This document shows positions 37,644-46,511 of a stretch of 64,000 nucleotides of DNA, in pieces. Within the stretch, counting starts at the first letter, position 1, and each line of letters begins with the position of its first letter. Below the pieces are notes generated by a model. It was given only the letters and a program-made list of their open reading frames with translations, ran no database searches and was not told where the DNA came from. The stretch spans positions 164 through 64,163 of the forward strand of contig JAJAYZ010000044.1 of NCBI GenBank assembly GCA_027118455.1, read 5' to 3'. A program made the position numbers and the translations under genes. The DNA is from Actinomycetes bacterium (GTDB lineage Bacteria; Actinomycetota; Actinomycetes; JAHEKZ01).

Positions 37644-38423
37644 TCAGCGACCGGTCCACTCAGGGGAGCGCTTCTCGGCGAAGGCGCGCGGCCCCTCAAG
37701 TGCGTCATCGGAGGCGATCATTGCCCGATAGGCGGGGAGGTCGCCTGCCCGCAGCAGGCGGAAGCCCTCGTCGACGCGCATCCCTTCGGTCTCACGAGTC
37801 ACTTCCAGCACTGCGGCAACGGCCAGCGGTGCGGACTCCTCGATCGCGGCCGCAAGTTCAAGTGCGGTGTCCAGCAAGTCCGCTGCCGGCACGACGCGGT
37901 TGACCAATCCCCAGCGAAGCGCATCTTCTGCGGTGATACGGCGTCCGGTGAGGAGCCACTCCATGGCGATTGCCTGGGGGACTCGCGCCGGGATGCGAAG
38001 CACCCCGCCGGAGTCGGCGACGATCCCGAGCTTGACCTCGGGGAGCGCGAACTCGGCGTGGTCGGCCGCGACGATGAGGTCGGCCGAGAGCGCGAGCTCG
38101 AAGCCGCCACCCATCGCCAGACCATTGACGGCGGCGATGACGGGCTTGCCGATATCGAAGAACTCAGTGAGGCCGGCGAAGCCACCGGGGCTGTGCTCGG
38201 CGTCGACGGCCTCGCCCTCAGCGGCTGCCTTGAGATCCCAGCCGGCGCTGAAGAACCGTTCTCCGGCACCTGTGAGCACCGCAGTGCGTAGGGCCGGGTT
38301 GTCGCGCAGTTCGGTGAAGGTAGCGTAGAGGTCCATGCTCGTGGCGACGTTGATCGCGTTCGCCTTCGGGACGTCGAGCGTGACGAGCAGGGTTGATCCG
38401 CGTACCTCGGTGTGTACGGTCAT
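37644..38423 (-). CDS. caiD: carnitinyl-CoA dehydratase / crotonobetainyl-CoA hydratase (crotonase fold)
   Basis: Near-collinear with E. coli CaiD as I recall it: [18 protein letters not shown]...[67 protein letters not shown]. Confidence 0.85.
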   Translation of the reverse strand: MTVHTEVRGSTLLVTLDVPKANAINVATSMDLYATFTELRDNPALRTAVLTGAGERFFSAGWDLKAAAEGEAVDAEHSPGGFAGLTEFFDIGKPVIAAVNGLAMGGGFELALSADLIVAADHAEFALPEVKLGIVADSGGVLRIPARVPQAIAMEWLLTGRRITAEDALRWGLVNRVVPAADLLDTALELAAAIEESAPLAVAAVLEVTRETEGMRVDEGFRLLRAGDLPAYRAMIASDDALEGPRAFAEKRSPEWTGR

Positions 38424-39589
38424 CGTCCTTGTCCCTCCAAGGGGCGCAACAGCGCCCGCGAGATGATGTGCCGCTGGATCTCACTGGTGCCGTCCCAGAT
38501 GCGCTCGACGCGCGCGTCGCGCCACCAGCGCTCGATCTTGTACTCGCGCACCAATCCCATGCCGCCGAAGACCTGGACAGCCCGATCAGTCACACGTCCG
38601 AGAGTCTCGGTGGCCATCAGTTTGGCCATGGCGACGTCTGTGTCGGTCACGGTGCCGTTGTCGACGCGCGACGCCGCCTGCAAGGTGAGCAGCTGCGCCG
38701 CCTCGATCTCCAGGGCCGAGTCTGCGAGCTGGAAGCTGAGCCCCTGGAAGCGTCCGATCGGCTGCCCGAACTGCTCGCGGCTGACCGCCCACGACAGGGC
38801 CTCTTGCAGCACCCGTTGTGCCCGGCCGACCGAGTTCGCGGCGACGGCGAGCCGGGTGGCACCGAGCCACTGGCCCATCAGGTCGAAGCCTCGCCCCTCT
38901 TCGCCGAGCAGCGCGGACGCCGGCATACAGACGTTGTCGAAGTGGAGCTCGCAGTGGTGGTAGCCGCGGTGCGAGACGCTGGGGGATCCTTTGGTGATGG
39001 TGAGCCCGGGCAGGTCGGAGTCGACGACGAAGGACGAGATCAGCTTTCGTGGCCCGCGCGAAGACTGCTCCTCGCCGGTGGCAGCAAAGAGAATGATGAA
39101 GTCGGAGATGTCGGCGTGGCTGATGAAGTGCTTGGTGCCGTTGACCACCCAGTCATCGCCGTCGCGACGCGCTGTCGTGGTCATGCCGCGAACGTCTGAG
39201 CCTGCTCCAGGTTCGGTGATCGCCAGGCACTCCTGCTTCTCGCCTCGGACGGTGGGCAGCAGGTACTTGTCGATCTGCTCGCCAGCGCAGCCCATCAGGA
39301 TGCGGCTCGGTCGTGCCACGAAGTGGTGCAGCGCAAAGGACGTGCGGCCCAACTCCCGCTCGACCAACGCAAGTGAGACGGCGTCAAGCCCAGCACCGCC
39401 GACATCCTCGGGCATGTTGGCTGCGTAGAGGCCAGCGGCCAGCGCCTTGGTGCGGATCGACGCAGCGAGCTCTGGGGTGACCTCGTCCAACTGCTCGACC
39501 TCGTCCTCGTGTGGCATCAGCTCGCGCTCGACGAACTGGCCGACGGTGTCGACGATGGCACGCTGCTCGTCGGTCAAGGCGAAGTCCAT
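38420..39589 (-). CDS. acyl-CoA dehydrogenase (candidate gamma-butyrobetainyl-CoA dehydrogenase)
   Basis: Canonical ACAD architecture ([12 protein letters not shown]; C-terminal ...[15 protein letters not shown] with catalytic Glu). Overlaps the caiD start by 4 nt. Confidence 0.88.
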   Translation of the reverse strand: MDFALTDEQRAIVDTVGQFVERELMPHEDEVEQLDEVTPELAASIRTKALAAGLYAANMPEDVGGAGLDAVSLALVERELGRTSFALHHFVARPSRILMGCAGEQIDKYLLPTVRGEKQECLAITEPGAGSDVRGMTTTARRDGDDWVVNGTKHFISHADISDFIILFAATGEEQSSRGPRKLISSFVVDSDLPGLTITKGSPSVSHRGYHHCELHFDNVCMPASALLGEEGRGFDLMGQWLGATRLAVAANSVGRAQRVLQEALSWAVSREQFGQPIGRFQGLSFQLADSALEIEAAQLLTLQAASRVDNGTVTDTDVAMAKLMATETLGRVTDRAVQVFGGMGLVREYKIERWWRDARVERIWDGTSEIQRHIISRALLRPLEGQGR

Positions 39590-39603
39590 CGCGTACTACT
39601 CCT

Positions 39604-40173
39604 TCAGTCGGTGGGCTTGCGGGGTGGAAGACCCATGACGTGGCCAACGTAGTCGGGTACGGGCAGCACGGCATGCGCTGACTCGATCGCCTTGAGGCGT
39701 TCGTAGAGATGGTCGGGCAGTGGGGCCACTTTTCCCGCAGCCATGTCCACATGAAGCAGCATCTGCTCAGCCGCTGCGACCGGCCGGCCGCTCTCGTCAT
39801 CCAGCACCTCATGCACGATGTGGACGCGCTTGCGGTCAACACCCAGCACCTGCAGCGTGAACCTGAGCTGATCGCCTTCGTCACACTCGCGCAGGTGGTG
39901 CAGGTGCGTCTCGGCGGTGTAGAGCGAACCGCCCTTGGCGCGGTACAGCTCGTCGATACCGAAGAACCGGAAGAAGGTATCAGCGTTGTCGCCAACGACA
40001 AGCAGGTAGCTCGACTCGCTCATGTGGCCGTTGTAGTCGCACCAGGCGTGCGCGACGGTCGTCTTGTGCAGTCGAAGGGGGGCATCGATGGGTGCGTCGG
40101 CGTCCCAGCCGGTGTGCAGCTTGCCTTCGTGGGGAGTGGTCACTCTCGGCGGAGTATTTGCGTCGCTAGTCAT
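39604..40173 (-). CDS. hotdog-fold (4HBT-type) acyl-CoA thioesterase
   Basis: WCDYNGHMSESSYL, YTAETHLHHLRE, LLHVDMAAGKVAPLP. Start trimmed to ATG 40173. Confidence 0.75.
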   Translation of the reverse strand: MTSDANTPPRVTTPHEGKLHTGWDADAPIDAPLRLHKTTVAHAWCDYNGHMSESSYLLVVGDNADTFFRFFGIDELYRAKGGSLYTAETHLHHLRECDEGDQLRFTLQVLGVDRKRVHIVHEVLDDESGRPVAAAEQMLLHVDMAAGKVAPLPDHLYERLKAIESAHAVLPVPDYVGHVMGLPPRKPTD

Positions 40174-40216
40174 GCGGTCCTTCCGTTGGATCCACGGCTC
40201 GTGGCACGATCTGCAC

Positions 40217-40672
40217 GTGAGCAATGACACTGCAGTGAGCGCCCCGTACACAGCCTTCTCGTGCGGCGTCCCGCCATCGTCGATCGACTACAACGGGCAC
40301 ATGAATGACGCCGCATACGCCCAGGTGCTGACCGACGCCAACGAGATGTTCCTTGATGCACTTGGGTTGAGCGCGGGCTACCGGGAAAGCAGCGGCAGCG
40401 CCATGTATACCGTCGAGATCACTGTGAAGTTCCTGCACGAGGTGAGTGCAGCCGACACGATTCGGACGGAGTCGTGGGTGGCGTCCTGCGACTCCAAGCG
40501 ATTGCGGCTGGCCACCACCTTGCTGGTTGGCGACACCCCGGTGGCCTCCGGTGACTCGCTCTACCTGCACGTCGATACGGGTGCGGGCAAGGTCAGCCCG
40601 TTCCCCGAGGACCGGGCGCAGCTGCTCGCACGCATGGAGAGGGCTCACGACGAGGCGTCGGCTCCCCGCTGA
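40217..40672 (+). CDS. hotdog-fold (4HBT-type) acyl-CoA thioesterase, paralogue of 39604..40173
   Basis: GTG 40217. SIDYNGHMNDAAYA, YTVEITVKFLHE, YLHVDTGAGKVSPFP. Divergent from its paralogue across 43 nt. The 3' end overlaps the convergent dehydrogenase gene by 28 nt. Confidence 0.7.
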   Translation: MSNDTAVSAPYTAFSCGVPPSSIDYNGHMNDAAYAQVLTDANEMFLDALGLSAGYRESSGSAMYTVEITVKFLHEVSAADTIRTESWVASCDSKRLRLATTLLVGDTPVASGDSLYLHVDTGAGKVSPFPEDRAQLLARMERAHDEASAPR

Positions 40673-41685
40673 ACCAAGCTCGTCTCGTACTGCTTGAGGA
40701 CGGCGCCGGCTGCGTAGTCGCGGCCGCGCAGCCCCTGCAGGACGCCGACCAGGCAGTCGTCCCTCAGGCGTTCGAGCTCGCGGACGTCGGCACCTGCGGC
40801 TTGGGCATCGGACTGCTGCTCGATGCGGTCGAGCAACTGGTCGGTGAGCTCTGGGACGTCGGTGAGCTTGCTCCATGGCCACTGCAAAGCCGGGCCGAAC
40901 TGGGCCATGAAGTGGCGCATACCGCCTTCGCCGCCCGCGATCCGGTACGTGAGCATCGTGCCCATGGACGCCCATCGGAGCCCCGCCCCGTAGCGGATGG
41001 CATCGTCAATCTGCTCGATCGTTGCGACGCCGTCATTGACGAGCCACAGTGCTTCGCGCCACAGCGCCTCGAGGAGGCGGTCGGCAACGAAGCCTTCAAT
41101 CTCATGCTGCAGGACCAGCGGCTTCATACCGAGCGACCGGTAGATGTCCGCGGCCCGAGTGACCGACTCTGAGGAGGTGTTCTTTCCGGGGCAGACCTCG
41201 ACAAGCGGGAGGAGGTAGACCGGGTTGAACGGGTGACCGACGACAAGGCGCTCGGGGTGCGTCATGTCGCTCTGCAGCAACGTCGGCAAGATGCCGGACG
41301 TCGAGCTCCCGAAGACGACGTCAGGCCCGGCGGCTTCACTGGCAGCGGCCAGCAGCGACCGCTTGATCTGTTCGTCCTCCGGCGCACTCTCCTGAACGAA
41401 CTGAACGCCGGCGGCCGCTTCCTGTGGGGTCGCAGCTCTGATGAGCGAACCTTGTACCGGAAGGGGTGCGTCGGTGAGTGCGGTCCAGGCGCGGCGCGCG
41501 TTGGCCAGCATCTCGTCGACCTTGCGCTCGGCCTCGGGGTCGGGGTCGAAGAGCTGGACGTCGATTCCGTTGATCAGGAACCGGGCTGCCCATCCGCCAC
41601 CGATCACTCCACCGCCGAGCAGTCCAGCCTTGGCAAGGCCGAGCTGCTTCGGCGACTGCACCGCCTCAGGCGTTGCGTCAGCCAT
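40645..41685 (-). CDS. L-carnitine dehydrogenase (3-hydroxyacyl-CoA-dehydrogenase fold)
   Basis: GGGVIGGGWAARFL NAD fold, ...VVGHPFNPVYLLPLVEV..., GFVADRLLEALWREALWLVNDG..., and a long C-terminal IAGGEGGMRHFMAQFGP...PW block typical of carnitine dehydrogenases. Start at ATG 41685. Confidence 0.8.
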   Translation of the reverse strand: MADATPEAVQSPKQLGLAKAGLLGGGVIGGGWAARFLINGIDVQLFDPDPEAERKVDEMLANARRAWTALTDAPLPVQGSLIRAATPQEAAAGVQFVQESAPEDEQIKRSLLAAASEAAGPDVVFGSSTSGILPTLLQSDMTHPERLVVGHPFNPVYLLPLVEVCPGKNTSSESVTRAADIYRSLGMKPLVLQHEIEGFVADRLLEALWREALWLVNDGVATIEQIDDAIRYGAGLRWASMGTMLTYRIAGGEGGMRHFMAQFGPALQWPWSKLTDVPELTDQLLDRIEQQSDAQAAGADVRELERLRDDCLVGVLQGLRGRDYAAGAVLKQYETSLVQRGADASS

Positions 41686-42586
41686 GCTTGACCAGGCCCA
41701 GCTTGTCGCGTACGTCTGCGGGCGACATGACGCGCACATTCATCGCCTCGAGCAGGGTCTTGGCCCGGCCGACGAGGTCGCCGTTGCTCGCCAGAACGCC
41801 CTTGGACAGGTAGAGGTTGTCCTCGAGTCCGACGCGCACGTTCGCACCGACGAGTGGCGCGAGAGCCGCATACGGCAGTTGGAAGCGGCCGATGGAGAAC
41901 ATCGAGTAGACCGAGCCGGCCGGCATGTTGTTGATCATCGACTGCAACGTGAGCACGTCATTGGGGGCGCCGTACGGGATTCCCATGCAGAGCTGGATCA
42001 TCACGGGGTCCTCGATCAGGCCTTCCTTCACGACCTCGTTGAGCAGCACCAGGTCGCCGGTGTCGAAGATCTCTACCTCGGGCTTGACGCCGAGCTCTTG
42101 GATGCCCTTGGCCATCGCGCGGAACATTCCGGGGGTGTTGACCATGATGTAGTCGCCACCGGCAGCGAAATTCATCGTGCCGGCGTCCAGCGTGCAGATC
42201 TCTGGCATGAGTTCTTTGACGTGTTGGAGCCGCTCGGTGGCACCGGCCATGTCGGTGCCACGGTCGTCCGGCGGCAGCGGCTGCTCGGGACCGCCGAGGA
42301 CGAGGTCGCCACCCATCCCGGTGGTGAGGTTCAGGACGACGTCGACCTTGGAGTCACGGATCCGCTCGACGGTCTCGCGGAACAGCTCAGGTCGGCGTGA
42401 GCCCTTCCCCGTCTCTGGATCGCGCACGTGGACGTGCACAACGGCGGCGCCGGCTGCGGCTGCCTCGATCGCCGAAGCGGCGATCTGCTCTGGAGTGACC
42501 GGCACCTTGTCGCTGATGCCGGCTGAGTCACCTGAGCCGGTGAGGGCGCAGGTGATGAAGGCAGATGACTTCAGGGGGAGTGACAC
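41678..42586 (-). CDS. BKACE family (DUF849) beta-keto acid cleavage enzyme, candidate dehydrocarnitine cleavage enzyme
   Basis: ITCALTGSGD..., VVHVHVRDPETGKGS, VVLNLTTG are BKACE hallmarks. GTG 42586 with GGAGG 5 nt upstream is preferred over ATG 42631. Confidence 0.8.
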   Translation of the reverse strand: MSLPLKSSAFITCALTGSGDSAGISDKVPVTPEQIAASAIEAAAAGAAVVHVHVRDPETGKGSRRPELFRETVERIRDSKVDVVLNLTTGMGGDLVLGGPEQPLPPDDRGTDMAGATERLQHVKELMPEICTLDAGTMNFAAGGDYIMVNTPGMFRAMAKGIQELGVKPEVEIFDTGDLVLLNEVVKEGLIEDPVMIQLCMGIPYGAPNDVLTLQSMINNMPAGSVYSMFSIGRFQLPYAALAPLVGANVRVGLEDNLYLSKGVLASNGDLVGRAKTLLEAMNVRVMSPADVRDKLGLVKHG

Positions 42587-42635
42587 GGCGACCTCCGAGG
42601 CGTGGGTAGTGCGGGGCAGACGGCGGATCAAGGGG

Positions 42636-42649
42636 AGTGCTATCGCACT
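42636..42649. promoter_or_regulatory. palindrome AGTGC-TATC-GCACT in the IclR/BKACE divergent intergenic region
   Basis: Read directly. A related half-site pair TCGCAC (42644-49) ... GTGCGA (42672-77) and an AT-rich TATATGAACAA lie alongside. Confidence 0.3.
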
Positions 42650-42719
42650 ATATGAACAACCGTCTACTATCGTGCGACGACGCTAGAAGCCGCACCGAGG
42701 GGCTGTCAAGGAGTTCGCG

Positions 42720-43499
42720 ATGAATCCACCCGGAGATTCCCCAGCACGGCTCGGGCCGGCCCAGTCGGTCCAGTCCGTCGACCGAGCGCTCGACCTGCTC
42801 GCGGCGGTGGCAGCGAGCGAACAGGCGCCGACGGTCGCCGAGCTTGCTGCGCGCTGCGCCATCAACCGCAGTACCGCGTGGCGGCTGCTCGCCACGTTGG
42901 AAGCGCACGGCATGGTCGAGCGGGCCTCTGCGTCGAGCGGCTACCGCGTGGGGTACGGCGCAGTGCGGCTGGGGGCAGCGGCCGACGAGGCTTCCGTGGT
43001 TCGGCGGGTGCGTCCGGTGCTTGAGGACTTGTCGACGGCGACGGGCGAGACGGTGAGTTTGGCGCTGGTCAAGACCGCGAGCCTGCGATACGTCGACCAC
43101 ATCTCGGTGATCGGAGCCTCCTTCGCACCGTGGACCGAGGAGCGCGTTTCGTTGCACTCGACGTCGAGCGGGAAGATCTTCCTCGCCTGGCTCTCCGATG
43201 CCGAGCGTGGGGGTGCGCTGCCATCGACCCTCGAGCGGTTCACCGATAGCACGATTATCGACGGGCAGGCGTTGGAGGCTGAGCTCGCCGAAGCGCGGAC
43301 GCTCGGGTACGCGTGTTGCCGCGGGGAGGATGCTGCCTTGACCAACGGGGTGTCGGCGGCTGTGCTGGACGCGCGGCGGCGTCCGATCGCGGTGGTGAAC
43401 ATCTGGGGGCCAGAGCGACGAATTCCCACCGATCGCTTCCCCGAGCTGGGGCCAGCCGTTGTGGAGATGGCCGACCGCGTGGCAGCGTTGCTGGCATGA
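42720..43499 (+). CDS. IclR family transcriptional regulator
   Basis: N-terminal wHTH (QSVDRALDLLAAVAASEQAPTVAELAARCAINRSTAWRLLATLE) plus a C-terminal IclR effector domain. Confidence 0.9.
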   Translation: MNPPGDSPARLGPAQSVQSVDRALDLLAAVAASEQAPTVAELAARCAINRSTAWRLLATLEAHGMVERASASSGYRVGYGAVRLGAAADEASVVRRVRPVLEDLSTATGETVSLALVKTASLRYVDHISVIGASFAPWTEERVSLHSTSSGKIFLAWLSDAERGGALPSTLERFTDSTIIDGQALEAELAEARTLGYACCRGEDAALTNGVSAAVLDARRRPIAVVNIWGPERRIPTDRFPELGPAVVEMADRVAALLA

Positions 43500-44608
43500 C
43501 GATTCCCGATTGGCAGCCAGGTCCGTCCAACCGGTGGTCGTTCCAGCACGTCGACGAGATCGTTTCCAGCGTTGGGCTGTCTCGAGGTGAGGGGCCACTG
43601 CTAGAGCTACGGGATGCCCCGCTGCCGCTTGGACCGGAGGTGGACGACTTCCTGGACCGGTCGTACACCGATGGCTTCATCGTGGTCCGCGGTCGTGACG
43701 TGTTGTATGAGAAGTACCTGAACGGGATGATTCCGACGACTCAGCACTTGCTGCAGTCGGTGTCGAAGTCCATGTGTTCGGCAGTCTTCGGTCAGTGCGT
43801 CGCCAGCGGCGTTGTGGCCGTCGACGCTCCGGTTTCGCGCTACGTCCCCGAACTCGCCGACTCTGCCTATCGGGATGCGACGGTCCAGCAAGTTCTTGAC
43901 ATGACGGTCGGGGTTCAGTACGACGAGGGCTACGCCAACCCCGACTCTGAGGTGCAGACCCATGAACGGGTCGGCGGATGGCGCAGCGCCATCCCCGGTG
44001 ATCCGATCGATACTTACGCATTTCTCGCGACGCTGAAGAAGTCGGGAGACCACGGGAAGACTTTTTTCTACTGCTCAGCCAATACCGACGTGCTGGCTTG
44101 GATTCTCGAGCGGGTGACGGGTCGTGGGTTTGCCGACATCTTGGCGACTGACTTGTGGGCCAAGATCGGAGCAGAACACGATGCGTCGGTGACCGTCGAC
44201 GCTTCGGGCTTTCCGATGGCAAATGGTGGGATCAACGTGACCCTGCGCGATCTTGCGCGGTTCGGTCGAGTTGTCCTCGATCGGGGGGCGGGGCCCAAAG
44301 GCCAGACGGTGATCCCGCCCTGCTGGATTGATGACACTCGTCGAGGGGGCGACCGCGATGCAGCGGCGGAGGAGATGGGCGACGTTCACCCCGCGGGGAG
44401 TTACCGCAACCAGTTCTGGATCTCAGGTGACTCGCATGGTTGCTTCTACGGCATTGGGATCTATGGCCAGTACGTCTGGATGGACCCCGCTTCAGATATC
44501 GTGATTGCCAAGGTGTCGTCCTTGCCCGAAGCCGACAACGACGCAGTCTGGGCTGAGCATGTTGGCTTCTTCGACCATCTGACGCACGGATTGCTCGCGC
44601 CCGGGTAG
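43496..44608 (+). CDS. serine hydrolase, beta-lactamase/transpeptidase-like fold
   Basis: SxxK motif LQSVSKSM and YCSANTD (YxN-like). The ATG overlaps the IclR stop (ATGA). Confidence 0.8.
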   Translation: MTIPDWQPGPSNRWSFQHVDEIVSSVGLSRGEGPLLELRDAPLPLGPEVDDFLDRSYTDGFIVVRGRDVLYEKYLNGMIPTTQHLLQSVSKSMCSAVFGQCVASGVVAVDAPVSRYVPELADSAYRDATVQQVLDMTVGVQYDEGYANPDSEVQTHERVGGWRSAIPGDPIDTYAFLATLKKSGDHGKTFFYCSANTDVLAWILERVTGRGFADILATDLWAKIGAEHDASVTVDASGFPMANGGINVTLRDLARFGRVVLDRGAGPKGQTVIPPCWIDDTRRGGDRDAAAEEMGDVHPAGSYRNQFWISGDSHGCFYGIGIYGQYVWMDPASDIVIAKVSSLPEADNDAVWAEHVGFFDHLTHGLLAPG

Positions 44609-44675
44609 CACGTTGATTCCGCGACAATGGTGGGCTGCTTGGCTCGGCGGCATGGCGGTCTGACACGCTGGCACC

Positions 44676-46505
44676 GTGGCGCCGCGGAACCTGCTCAACC
44701 TCGAGGACGCCCACAAGACCTTCGGGCGGGACCCGATCTTCAATGGTGTGTCCCTCGGTGTTGCCGCTGGTGAGCGGATCGGCGTCGTCGGGCGTAACGG
44801 GGGCGGGAAGTCGACGCTGCTCAAGGTCATGGCCGGCCTGGAGCCAGCCGACTCCGGCCGGGTGACGCGCGCCACATCGCTGCAGCTCGGCGTCCTGTCG
44901 CAGGTGGCGCGCTTCACCCCGGACCAGTCCATCGCTGACTTTGTCCTCGGTGACCGCGACGAGCACGACTGGGCGTCCGAGGCGCGATCTCGTGAAGTAC
45001 TCGACGCTTTGCTCGGCGGATACGACGCGCCACGTCTGGCACGTGTGATGGGTCAGCTTTCCGGTGGTGAGCAGCGCCGCGTGCAGCTCGCCCATCTCTT
45101 GCTGCAGAACCTTGACCTGCTGCTGCTGGACGAGCCGACGAACCACCTCGATGTCGAAGCTGTCGACTGGCTCGCGCGGCACCTACGATCGCGGCCCACC
45201 TTGTCGGTGGTGGTGGTGACGCACGATCGCTGGTTCCTCGATGAGGTCAGCGACCGAATGTGGGAGGTCGTCGACGGTCGTGTCGAGGAGTACGACGGCG
45301 GCTACTCCGCATTCGTGCTCGCCAAGGCCGAACGCGAGCGGCAGTCGAGCGTCGAGCAGCAGCGGCGCAGCAACCTGATCCGCAAAGAGCTGGCCTGGCT
45401 GCGCCGAGGTCCGCCGGCACGCACGTCGAAGCCGAAGTTCCGCATTGACGCCGCCAACGCACTGATCTCCGGTGAGCCACCGCCGCGCAACCAGGTCGAG
45501 CTGCTCGCCTTCGCCGGAGCCCGGCTCGGGAAAACGGTCTTCGAGACGCACGATGTCTCGCTGGCCTTCGGTGATCGCCTGCTGCTCGACCACCTCACCT
45601 GGGACGTCGGTCCGGGCGACCGCTTGGGGGTGATCGGCGTCAATGGTGCAGGGAAGACTTCACTGGTTCGGTTGCTCCTAGGGCTGCAGCAGCCAAGTGC
45701 GGGCCGAGTCGTCAAGGGTGTCACCGTGAAACCGGCCTACCTGTCGCAGCACCTGGAGGAGCTCGACCCGACCTGGCGGGTGCTCGAAGCCGTCGAGCAG
45801 GTGGCTCAACGCGTCGAGCTGAGCAAGGGCCGAGAGCTGTCGGCGACTCAACTCTGTGAGCGCCTCGGCTTCGGCGGCGACGCGCAGTGGACACCAGTCG
45901 GAGACCTCTCCGGCGGGGAGCGGCGCCGGCTGCAGCTCACCCGGCTGCTGATGGGCGGGCCGAACGTGCTCGTGCTCGACGAGCCGACGAACGACTTCGA
46001 CGTCGAGACGCTGACGGCGCTGGAAGACTTGCTCGACTCGTTCGGAGGGACGCTCTTGGTCATCTCGCACGACCGGTACTTCTTGGAGCGGGTGTGTGAC
46101 CGGTTCGTTGGCCTGATGGGGGACGGGGCGGTTCGCGACCTTCCAGGTGGGCTCGAGCAGTACCTGGAGCTAACTCACGTCGGCCAGGCTCGACAGCCAC
46201 CGGTCGCCGCGCGTGCGGCACGCGCTGAGTCACCGCCAGGCAGGTCGGTCGACGGGTCCGCTGCCGGGGCCACCGCGTCCAAGACCGCCCGCCTCGACGA
46301 GCGCGCTCAGCGGAAGGAGCTCGTGCGGTTGGAGCGACTCATCACCCGCATCGACCAGAAGGAGTCTGACCTGCACCGGGTAATGTCGGAGAACGCGACT
46401 GACCACGTCCGAGTCAGCGAGCTGAACGAGCAGTTGCGCGAGGTGATTAGCGAGAAGGTCGAGGCCGAGGAAGCGTGGCTCGCGCTGTCCGTCGACGCCG
46501 AGTAG
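44676..46505 (+). CDS. ABC-F family ATPase (Uup/EttA-like translation factor)
   Basis: Two ABC cassettes (GRNGGGKST / LSGGEQRR; GVNGAGKTS / LSGGERRR), no TM domain, and a C-terminal coiled coil. Confidence 0.9.
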   Translation: MAPRNLLNLEDAHKTFGRDPIFNGVSLGVAAGERIGVVGRNGGGKSTLLKVMAGLEPADSGRVTRATSLQLGVLSQVARFTPDQSIADFVLGDRDEHDWASEARSREVLDALLGGYDAPRLARVMGQLSGGEQRRVQLAHLLLQNLDLLLLDEPTNHLDVEAVDWLARHLRSRPTLSVVVVTHDRWFLDEVSDRMWEVVDGRVEEYDGGYSAFVLAKAERERQSSVEQQRRSNLIRKELAWLRRGPPARTSKPKFRIDAANALISGEPPPRNQVELLAFAGARLGKTVFETHDVSLAFGDRLLLDHLTWDVGPGDRLGVIGVNGAGKTSLVRLLLGLQQPSAGRVVKGVTVKPAYLSQHLEELDPTWRVLEAVEQVAQRVELSKGRELSATQLCERLGFGGDAQWTPVGDLSGGERRRLQLTRLLMGGPNVLVLDEPTNDFDVETLTALEDLLDSFGGTLLVISHDRYFLERVCDRFVGLMGDGAVRDLPGGLEQYLELTHVGQARQPPVAARAARAESPPGRSVDGSAAGATASKTARLDERAQRKELVRLERLITRIDQKESDLHRVMSENATDHVRVSELNEQLREVISEKVEAEEAWLALSVDAE

Positions 46506-46511
46506 CCCGGG

